Below are positions 56,718-64,000 of a DNA stretch of 64,000 nucleotides, piece after piece; position 1 is the stretch's first letter, and the number at the start of each line of letters is the position of its first letter. The notes beneath the pieces were generated by a model. That model made no database searches. It was given only the letters and a program-made list of their open reading frames with translations, and had not been told where the DNA came from. The position numbers were made by a program, and so were the translations under genes. The stretch spans positions 59,941 through 123,940 of the forward strand of contig JAPLCP010000078.1 of assembly GCA_026392155.1 (NCBI GenBank), written 5' to 3'. This DNA is from Armatimonadota bacterium. Its GTDB lineage: Bacteria > Armatimonadota > Armatimonadia > Armatimonadales > Armatimonadaceae.

Positions 56718-57296
56718 ATGAGCACAAACACCGCCCGTAAGTTCACCCTGGAAGAGTACATCGCCATAGAGGAAGCCTCGGAGATTAAGCACGAGTTCCG
56801 CGACGGCAAGATTCTAGCGATGGCAGGGGCCGCGCCAGATCATGTCGGAATCGTCTCTGACCTAACCTATCTGATCCGCTCCCAGCTCCGAGGCAACCAA
56901 TGTCGCGTTTATGCCGCAGACTTACGTGTCCGTGTCACACCGGAGGGGCGCTACTCCTACCCTGATTTAGTCGTGGTCTGCGGCACTCCCGTCTTTGACG
57001 ATACCAAGCCGCAGGCGTTGATCAACCCAACGCTCATTATCGAGGTACTCTCGGACTCCACAGCGGCCTACGACCGGGGTGATAAGTTTCACGACTACCG
57101 GCAAGTCCCCACCCTAACGGACTATGTTCTCGTCGCGCAAGACCGAGCCTACATTGAGCACTACCAGCGCCAAGGGGAGAGTGAGCTATGGCTGTATCAG
57201 GCGGCAGAGGGCCTAGACGCGACTTTACTGATCAGCGGCCTCAATCTCTCGCTTCCCCTCGTGGATGTCTACGCCCAAGCAGATGGAATCGCGTGA
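56718..57296 (+). CDS. Uma2-family (DUF820) endonuclease-like protein
   Basis: KHEFRDG, YSYPDLVVVC, PTLIIEVLSDST, DRGDKFHDY, YVLVAQD. Confidence 0.92.
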   Translation: MSTNTARKFTLEEYIAIEEASEIKHEFRDGKILAMAGAAPDHVGIVSDLTYLIRSQLRGNQCRVYAADLRVRVTPEGRYSYPDLVVVCGTPVFDDTKPQALINPTLIIEVLSDSTAAYDRGDKFHDYRQVPTLTDYVLVAQDRAYIEHYQRQGESELWLYQAAEGLDATLLISGLNLSLPLVDVYAQADGIA

Positions 57297-57994
57297 TCCG
57301 CGCGGTTCTGTTCGATCTCGACGACACGCTCTGTGACGACACGGGGCAGATGTTTGAGAGCATCCGTGAGGTCGCCGGGCTTGTGCCCGGCGGCGATCCC
57401 GAGACAATCGCGCAAGGGTACTGGCGCATCTCGCATCGGTTCTGGACCTACGAGATTCACACGCGCCCACCTGAGCCGCTGGAGAGTATTCGCGAGCTGC
57501 TCTGGCAGCAGACACTAGGCGAGGCGGGCGTCACGCACTCGCCGGCGCAGCTCAAGCTTCTTGCGGCACGCTACGGCGAGGCGCGGGAGAAGACCCCGCC
57601 GCCTTTTCCCGATGCCGAGCACACGCTCATACAGCTCAAAGCGCGTGGTCTCAAGCTTGGCATCGTCACCAACGGCGTCTCCGAGTCCCACACGGGCAAG
57701 CTGGCGCGGCTTGGTCTCGGGCACTTCTTCGACACCGTGCTCATGCCCGATCAGACCGGCTTCGCCAAGCCCGACCCGCGCCAATTTCATCTCGCCTGCC
57801 AGCGCCTTGGGGTAAATCCCGAGCATACCGCCCACATCGGCGACTCTCTCGTCTCGGATGTGGGTGGTGCACGGAGCGCGGGGCTCACCGCGATCTGGTA
57901 CAACCCAGCAAACAAATCCCGCCCCGAAACAGCGTCTGAACCGCACCACACAGTTCAGACGCTCGCAGAGCTTCTCGAGATCACCGCCCGTTAG
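57293..57994 (+). CDS. HAD-family hydrolase
   Basis: VLFDLDDTL, IVTNG, AKPDPRQF, HIGDSLVSDVGGA; GTGA overlap with upstream gene. Confidence 0.92.
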   Translation: MIRAVLFDLDDTLCDDTGQMFESIREVAGLVPGGDPETIAQGYWRISHRFWTYEIHTRPPEPLESIRELLWQQTLGEAGVTHSPAQLKLLAARYGEAREKTPPPFPDAEHTLIQLKARGLKLGIVTNGVSESHTGKLARLGLGHFFDTVLMPDQTGFAKPDPRQFHLACQRLGVNPEHTAHIGDSLVSDVGGARSAGLTAIWYNPANKSRPETASEPHHTVQTLAELLEITAR

Positions 57995-58010
57995 AGGGGC
58001 GGTGCTGGAG

Positions 58011-58039
58011 AGCCTACGGCTGCGAAGGGCGTGCCGCCC
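58011..58039 (+). repeat. REP-like double-hairpin element, diverged copy with compensatory changes
   Basis: AGCC-TAC-GGCT-GC-GAA-GGGCG-TGC-CGCCC versus GCCCG-TGC-CGGGC in the other copies. Confidence 0.6.
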
Positions 58040-58086
58040 ATACAGATTTTATGGCCCGAAGCGGCCTTTGTAGCGCCGCGCTATCC

Positions 58087-58113
58087 AGTCCCGCCGTTCT
58101 AATCGGCGGGACT
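58087..58113. terminator. Perfect 10-bp hairpin between convergent genes (possible bidirectional terminator or REP-like)
   Basis: AGTCCCGCCG-TTCTAAT-CGGCGGGACT; no clear U-tract. Confidence 0.5.
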
Positions 58114-58124
58114 AAAGCCGAGGG

Positions 58125-59378
58125 CTAGACCGTCCAGCCTTTGGGGAACTTTGGCTTGATGAGCGCCGCCGCTTTCGCACTGCTGGCCTTGAGCTTTTTC
58201 GCGTCCCAGTCGAAGCCCTCTTGGGCGCGGTAGGCAGTGTTTCCTAGAAGCACAGTCTCCGTCATCGGGCCGGAGTAGCCAAAGTGGCACGTCGCGGGCT
58301 TACCGCCCTGAATCGCCTCGATCCACTCTTTATGGAAGCCCGGCGACTTGGGCACTTTAACGGTCGGTTCGCCCTCCACGCCGATCAGCTGCGCTTTATC
58401 AAAGCCGCAGAGGAGCATGCCCTTCTCGCCGATAAAGAGGTTGTTCATGCCCTTGGGGTCGAGGTTTTTCTCTTTCAAGATCGCAGGAGTACCCTGGTAC
58501 CAGTGGAGCGTGATGTCTTTCTCGTACTTAAAGCTGACGTGAAACTTGGTGGGCGTGGTCACCGCGTGGAGCGGGTCACCATCGTGGAAGTTCACGCGGG
58601 TTGGGTACGTGAGCCCCAGCGCCCAGAACGGAATGTCTAAGATATGACAGCCCCAGTTGCCCGCCTCACCCGTGCCGTAGTCCCAGAAAAAGCGCCATTT
58701 ATACGGGACAATCTCCGCCGTGTAGGGCCGCTGAGCCGCGGGGCCAAGCCAGAGATCGTATTTCAAGGTACTGGGAACCGGCGGCGTGTCGGTGGGAACG
58801 GGCGGCATACCTCGGTTACTGGCGATCCAGCTATGCACCTCGGTGACGCGTCCGATCAGCCCAGACTGGATAATCTCCACGGCCTTATGGATCGCCGGGA
58901 GCGTGTGGCGCTGCACGCCAAGCTGGGTTGCCACGCGTTTCTCCGCCGCGAGTTTGGTCAGCTCCCGTACCTCCCAGACCGAGTGCGCCATCGGTTTCTC
59001 AAGATACACATGCTTGCCCATCGAGAGCGCCCGGTGCGCAGGGTGAAAGTGGGTATGATCGGGGGTGGCGATCACGACGGCATCAATCTCTTTGGCCATC
59101 TTATCGAACATCTCACGCCAGTCGTAGAACTTCTTGGCACTAGGAAACTTCTCGTAGGCCTTGCCCGCCCGCACATCGTCTACATCACAGAGCGCCACAA
59201 AATTCGTGGTGGGCTGGAGCTTGGCAAGCTCTTTGATCGAGAAATCTCCTTGCCCGCCAATGCCAATCACCGCCACATTCACACGACTATTGGCCGACTG
59301 CGCCCTCGCCTCACTCGCTCCCAAAGCCAGTGCGGCACTTCCTAAAAGCAACTCTCTGCGATTCAACTCTTGCGACAT
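58125..59378 (-). CDS. Gfo/Idh/MocA-family oxidoreductase with Tat-like signal
   Basis: NRRELL twin-Arg; VAVIGIGGQG; VVIATPDHTH; HVYLEKPMA; WGCHILD. Confidence 0.92.
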   Translation of the reverse strand: MSQELNRRELLLGSAALALGASEARAQSANSRVNVAVIGIGGQGDFSIKELAKLQPTTNFVALCDVDDVRAGKAYEKFPSAKKFYDWREMFDKMAKEIDAVVIATPDHTHFHPAHRALSMGKHVYLEKPMAHSVWEVRELTKLAAEKRVATQLGVQRHTLPAIHKAVEIIQSGLIGRVTEVHSWIASNRGMPPVPTDTPPVPSTLKYDLWLGPAAQRPYTAEIVPYKWRFFWDYGTGEAGNWGCHILDIPFWALGLTYPTRVNFHDGDPLHAVTTPTKFHVSFKYEKDITLHWYQGTPAILKEKNLDPKGMNNLFIGEKGMLLCGFDKAQLIGVEGEPTVKVPKSPGFHKEWIEAIQGGKPATCHFGYSGPMTETVLLGNTAYRAQEGFDWDAKKLKASSAKAAALIKPKFPKGWTV

Positions 59379-59458
59379 CTTTCTTCCTCTCCGAAACAGA
59401 AATATCGCCTTAAGCTTACCATAGAAAGGCCGCCCCGTGAACGGGGCGTTAGGTTCGG

Positions 59459-59489
59459 CAGCCCGGCACGGGCTTTGTAGCCGCAGGCT
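59459..59489 (-). repeat. REP-like double-hairpin element, copy 3
   Basis: Reverse complement AGCCTGCGGCTACAAAGCCCGTGCCGGGCTG. Confidence 0.75.
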
Positions 59490-59526
59490 TCTTGACGCCA
59501 CCTTTCAGGCGGTGGATAATGCCTCT

Positions 59527-62094
59527 GTGAAACAAACCAACGCTTTCCCCTTCACTCTCCCCTGGGACGATTCCAGTGCAACGGCTACCAGTGTGGCCTC
59601 TCTCAACCCTGCGCCGCTGACGGTGCAGCAGAAGCTCACGGCTAAGAACGGGCATTTCTACGACGCGACGGGGAGGCGAGTGCGCTTTGTGGGCGTGAAT
59701 ATTGGGGCGGCAGCGGCGTTTCCGAGCAAGGCGGATGCACCGAAGATTGCGGCTCGGCTTCATAAGTACGGCGTGAATTTAGTTCGGCTGCACCACATGG
59801 ACGCGCAGTGGGCGACGCCGAATATTTTTAACAGCAAGGGCAACTACACCAAGACCACATCACTTGACCCGATTAGCCTGGATCTATTGGAGTTCTTTAT
59901 CGCCCAGCTCAAAAAGAACGGCATCTATGTCGATCTTAATCTCCATGTCTCGCGCGAGTGGCTTCCCGGTGATGGCTTTCCCCTCACCAAAGAAAAACTC
60001 CCTGAGCTTGGCAAGGTGGTTGCGTACTTTCATCCACGGGCCATCGAGCTGCAAAAGCAGTTCGCGACCCAGATACTTACCCATAAAAATCCCTACACGG
60101 GCCTGCCGCTGGCGCTGGATCCGGTATTAGCCTTAGTGGAGCTGAACAATGAGGACTCTCTGATCGGCTCTGCGGGCCAAGCGGCGGCCCTTCCCGCCGC
60201 GCTCCGCAAGCCCCTGGAAGCGGGCTGGCAGGCGTATTTGCGCAAGAAGTACCTCAACACCGTGACACTACGACAAGCCTGGAACACGGGGCTGTCACTG
60301 GGAGTGGAGCAGCTCAAGCGTGATGTCGCCGCATGGACCGCCGAGACCCATGAGAAAACGCAGCTGGAGCTCGCCTCCGTCAGTGTCGCGGGACAGACCA
60401 ATGCGCCGGGTGGCCCGGTGTTGCATGTCAGAAAACTAAAGAACGACGGCACAAACTGGCACCTTCAGCTTCACCAGACCGGCCTGACACTAGAGACGGG
60501 CAAGACCTACACGGTCTCGTTTGTCGCACGGGCAGCGGCACCGCGGACGGTCTATGTCAATGCCCGCCTCGACCAAGCCCCGTGGAGCATGGTCGGGCTC
60601 GACACGAGCATCGGCCTAGGCATTGCCTGGAAACGCTACAGCTTCACCTTTATCGCCAATGGCAATGTCGTTCCGGGCCACTGTCGCCTCTCACTCATGG
60701 TCGGCGATAGCGATGCGGATATCTATCTAGGCGAGTGGAGCCTTCGTCCCGGCGGAGGCGGCTTGCAGTTTGTCTCAGGCCAGAGCCTTGAGGCGGGGAC
60801 GATCGAGCTGGGGCAGATCAGCGGCTCGAACTCCGGCGTGGACTACACGCACTATCTCATGACGGTGGAAGATACCTACTGTCGGACGATGAAAGCGGCA
60901 GTTCTTGCGACAGGCTGCACGGCGTCCATTGCCTGCTCTCAAGCCAGCTACGGCGGTATGGCAGGGGTCTACCGGGAGTCCAAGCTCGACTGGGTGGACA
61001 TGCATGCCTACTGGCAGCACCCCAACTTCCCCGGCTCGGCCTTCGATCCCAACAACTTCCAGATCGAGAACACTCCCATGACGGCCAGCGCGGGCGCAGG
61101 GGTTCTGGACGGCCTTGCGATGCACCGTGTGCAGGGCAAGCCCTTCACCGTCAGCGAGTACGACCATCCGGCCCCGAGTGAGTATAGCGCCGAGCTGACT
61201 CCCCTGATCTTTGCCTACGCCGCCTGGCAGGACTGGGATGGCGTCTTTCTCTTCGCCTACGAAACCGTGCAGAGCGATAAGATCACCGGCTTTTTCGATC
61301 AGCAGCTTCACCCCGCCAAGCTCGGCTTTCTCCCTGCCGCCGCCGCGCTGTTTCTGCGAGGTGATCTTGCTCCCGCACCCAATGCCATTGAGCTCACCGT
61401 CCCTAAAAGCAAAGTCGCTGGCCTGAAAGCACTCGGCACGGACTACGCCTTTTGGGGGCTTTCGGAGACGCGATTTGTTCAAGGCAGCCTCAAGAGTGCC
61501 CCCGAAAAAATCGAGTCGAAGACTTTTCTGAACCACCGTGCGGCGATTCGTTTTGAAGAAGACCAAGGCCCCCTTGCGCTCGTGGTGCAGAACCTCAAGC
61601 CGCTGCAAGAGAGCATTGACCCTGGTTTTGTCTGGGATCATGGAGCGCAGCAGGTTCGTGTTAGCTCCCCTGCCTCCAAGGCGCTCATTGGCAAGCTGGG
61701 AGGCAAGGCAAACCGTGTGAGGGGGTTTGTGGCGGAAGTGGCCGCTTCCAAGCGCAACTTTGCGGTGCTCACCCTGACCGCACGCGACGGCAAACCGACC
61801 GAGCTGTCGCGCTCACTTTTGCTGACGGCGCTGGACAAGGCAGAAAATCCGGGCATGAAGTGGAACGCGGATCGGACCTATGCGGCGGATGCCTGGAAGT
61901 CTGGCCCGACACAGCTCGAAGTCCCGACAGCGACCGTTCAGATTGCGACAAAAGCACAGAAAGCGACGGTCTGGGCGCTTGAGGGCACTGGCAAGCGTCG
62001 CCAAGAAGTTCCTGCGACACTAGAGAACGGTACCCTCACTCTCGCGATTGGCCCTGAGCACCAGACTCTCTGGTACGAGATTGAGACGGCCTAG
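59527..62094 (+). CDS. GH-A clan (GH5-like) glycoside hydrolase with inserted CBM4/9-like module
   Basis: RFVGVN, NLVRLHH, ELNNE (acid/base), HAYWQHP, TVSEY (nucleophile); WHLQLHQ...GKTYTVSF...WKRYSFTF CBM; promoter TTGACG-17-GATAAT 6 nt before GTG 59527. Confidence 0.8.
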   Translation: MKQTNAFPFTLPWDDSSATATSVASLNPAPLTVQQKLTAKNGHFYDATGRRVRFVGVNIGAAAAFPSKADAPKIAARLHKYGVNLVRLHHMDAQWATPNIFNSKGNYTKTTSLDPISLDLLEFFIAQLKKNGIYVDLNLHVSREWLPGDGFPLTKEKLPELGKVVAYFHPRAIELQKQFATQILTHKNPYTGLPLALDPVLALVELNNEDSLIGSAGQAAALPAALRKPLEAGWQAYLRKKYLNTVTLRQAWNTGLSLGVEQLKRDVAAWTAETHEKTQLELASVSVAGQTNAPGGPVLHVRKLKNDGTNWHLQLHQTGLTLETGKTYTVSFVARAAAPRTVYVNARLDQAPWSMVGLDTSIGLGIAWKRYSFTFIANGNVVPGHCRLSLMVGDSDADIYLGEWSLRPGGGGLQFVSGQSLEAGTIELGQISGSNSGVDYTHYLMTVEDTYCRTMKAAVLATGCTASIACSQASYGGMAGVYRESKLDWVDMHAYWQHPNFPGSAFDPNNFQIENTPMTASAGAGVLDGLAMHRVQGKPFTVSEYDHPAPSEYSAELTPLIFAYAAWQDWDGVFLFAYETVQSDKITGFFDQQLHPAKLGFLPAAAALFLRGDLAPAPNAIELTVPKSKVAGLKALGTDYAFWGLSETRFVQGSLKSAPEKIESKTFLNHRAAIRFEEDQGPLALVVQNLKPLQESIDPGFVWDHGAQQVRVSSPASKALIGKLGGKANRVRGFVAEVAASKRNFAVLTLTARDGKPTELSRSLLLTALDKAENPGMKWNADRTYAADAWKSGPTQLEVPTATVQIATKAQKATVWALEGTGKRRQEVPATLENGTLTLAIGPEHQTLWYEIETA

Positions 62095-62103
62095 AACGAG
62101 AGG

Positions 62104-63243
62104 CTAGAAATCGGAGTCCTCGGTCTTGTCCATGTTTGCTAGAGCGATCTCAAAGTCCGCCATGATAACCGCCTCGACTCCGCCTTCGTCGGCGAGGCGG
62201 ATCAGGGCCTGCATCCCCGCCTCGTTGACCAAGGCACGCAGGTCGGCCCCGGAGAACTCCTCCGCACCCGCCGCCAGCTTGTCCAGATCCACATCGTCGC
62301 CAATGGTTGCCCGCTTCACACAGACCTCCAGAATCTGACGGCGCGCTTCTTCATCCGGCAAGGGAATCTCGATCTGTCGCGAGAGCCGTCCCCCACGCAC
62401 CAGTGCGGGATCCAGCATATCGGGCCGGTTGGTTGCCCCGACCACAAAGAGCCCCTGATTCGCCACCAAGCCATCCATCTCATGGAGAAACTGATTGACG
62501 ACCTTATCGGAAGGCATGTGCATCCCTCCGACGCGGCTGGGGATCAGTGCGTCCACTTCGTCTAAGAAGATAATCGCAGGTGCGTTCTGCCGCGCTTCGG
62601 TAAAGAGCCGCGCGACCGCCTTCTCGCCCTCGCCCACCCACATCGAGTTGACTTCTGCGGGGCTGGTGGCAAAGAACTTGGACTTGGCCTGCGCGGCCAG
62701 TATGCGCGCAATGGTCGTCTTTCCCGTTCCCGGAGGGCCGTAGAGCAAGAGCCCCGTAGGAGGATCAACTCCCAAGCGTCGTGCTTGGGCCGGGTTTTCC
62801 AGCAGAAGCTGCATCTGCCGCAGCTCACGCTTGGTCTTGGCAGGTAGCACCACATCGTCCCACGTGAGTCCTGGCTTGCCCGTCTCAGCGACGGGAGCGG
62901 GCGCACTACCACTGCGAAGCGGCGGGGCGGGACGTGTGGAGATGGGCTCTGGTGACGGGTTTTCCAGAGTTCGCAAGAGACGCGCGTACTCATCACTGGT
63001 AGGAGCCAGCTCAGCCGCCTTTCGAGCCGCCACGATGGCATCGTCGCGCTGCCCTAAATGGCGCAAGGTCTGTGCCATCCAATAGTAGATCTCGGGGTGC
63101 TTCGGTGCCAGTTTACTGGCCTCCGTTAGTTGCTGGAGCGCTGTCTGCATCTCTTGTGTTGCAGATGCATAAGGGAGAAGAGACTCGCCACGGCGCAGGT
63201 GCAACCGTCCACGAGTGTAGTGCAGTTCGGCCTCAGGGGTCAC
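62104..63243 (-). CDS. TPR-domain AAA+ ATPase (single CDC48/FtsH-type AAA module)
   Basis: N-terminal TPR; GPPGTGKT Walker A; IIFLDE Walker B; ATNRPDMLDPALVRGGRL SRH; FSGADL. Confidence 0.9.
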   Translation of the reverse strand: MTPEAELHYTRGRLHLRRGESLLPYASATQEMQTALQQLTEASKLAPKHPEIYYWMAQTLRHLGQRDDAIVAARKAAELAPTSDEYARLLRTLENPSPEPISTRPAPPLRSGSAPAPVAETGKPGLTWDDVVLPAKTKRELRQMQLLLENPAQARRLGVDPPTGLLLYGPPGTGKTTIARILAAQAKSKFFATSPAEVNSMWVGEGEKAVARLFTEARQNAPAIIFLDEVDALIPSRVGGMHMPSDKVVNQFLHEMDGLVANQGLFVVGATNRPDMLDPALVRGGRLSRQIEIPLPDEEARRQILEVCVKRATIGDDVDLDKLAAGAEEFSGADLRALVNEAGMQALIRLADEGGVEAVIMADFEIALANMDKTEDSDF

Positions 63244-63265
63244 GTTCTATCTTTGCCTCACGGTT

Positions 63266-64000
63266 CTATTTTGCTTCCAAATGGGCTAGCCAGAGGGTGT
63301 TGTTTTGTTGCACACTCTCCGTGATGCCGCTGATATCTAGGATCATTATCTGCTTGACACGGGTGACATCCATTTTGTCGCGCTTGCTGTCGTCAGCGGG
63401 CTTAAAGTCACTCCAAGGCAGGGAAATTTTTCGGGGTGAGCGCACGCCTGGCACTTCTACCATGGCATTGAACTTCCCCCCCTGATCATCTTCAAGCTGC
63501 ACCATCAGGCTCGCGGACTTGGCGACGGCCAGCGAGACACCAAGGCTTGTCTTGCCTGCCAGAGAACCCGTGGGAATCGCGTGGAAGAGTCCACTAAACT
63601 TTCCTGCCCCCACACTGTAGGTTACCTCAAGGTTTGTTCCGGTCAGCGGCCCACCGGCGATGACGCGCTTGAGGCCCGCTCCCCCCACACCGATCCAAGA
63701 GAGCTGAGGTCGGCTCAGGCCATCCAGAGACGAGGCGGGCAGGGGCGCCGTGCTCACGGTAAACTCTCGCATCCAGAGCTCACGCGGCCCAGACGAAATA
63801 TCGGGAAAGAGTGTCGTCACAGCAGCACTCTCCATACGGATCAAAAACTCATGCAGGTCTACGATAGTGATGGACTCAATTTTCTCCGTGTCCAGCTTGC
63901 CATTGGCATCGGTAGGATCACCCGCATCGCGTGCTAGCGATAGGTCAGAGACAGCAAGATCAATCTCTTGCCAGAGGTTCTTGGGCAGGGTCGCCACTGC
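63266..64000 (-). CDS. CIA30/CBM11-like domain protein, 3' part (5' end outside window)
   Basis: GVSLAVA...LMVQLEDDQGGKF...ISLPWSDFKP...VKQIMILD; frame open to window edge. Confidence 0.6.
   Translation of the reverse strand, partial: AVATLPKNLWQEIDLAVSDLSLARDAGDPTDANGKLDTEKIESITIVDLHEFLIRMESAAVTTLFPDISSGPRELWMREFTVSTAPLPASSLDGLSRPQLSWIGVGGAGLKRVIAGGPLTGTNLEVTYSVGAGKFSGLFHAIPTGSLAGKTSLGVSLAVAKSASLMVQLEDDQGGKFNAMVEVPGVRSPRKISLPWSDFKPADDSKRDKMDVTRVKQIMILDISGITESVQQNNTLWLAHLEAK

Overview
A 64-kb, GC-rich (about 60% by eye) bacterial chromosomal window of housekeeping and carbohydrate-use genes. The gene mix suggests an Armatimonadota-like organism (inference only). It contains gyrB (3' part), a PyrR-attenuated pyrimidine operon (pyrR-pyrB-pyrC-carA-carB N-half) interleaved with unrelated cargo genes, rsmA, mqnC, argS, selD, aroF, serS, an RND efflux locus and several glycoside hydrolases. 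I found no CRISPR array, rRNA, tRNA or transposase. The most notable signals are not in the ORF track. (1) A perfect 25-bp palindrome holds the ATGs of two divergent genes and a shared, symmetric -10 box, and many other genes have a -10 hexamer 5-8 nt before the start codon (leaderless pattern). (2) A Phe/Tyr/Trp-rich leader peptide plus terminator/antiterminator lies upstream of DAHP synthase. (3) SelD has an in-frame UGA in a CAGU motif with a SECIS-like hairpin. (4) An RND pump is fused to its outer-membrane factor through an internal signal-peptide-like linker, and a class III cyclase is linked through a TM helix to a PASTA domain. (5) A REP-like double hairpin occurs three times and shows covariation. 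(6) A junction at about 38,703 removes the 3' ends of argS and its convergent neighbour. (7) CarB stops exactly at its half boundary. Several start codons are refined relative to the ORF track.
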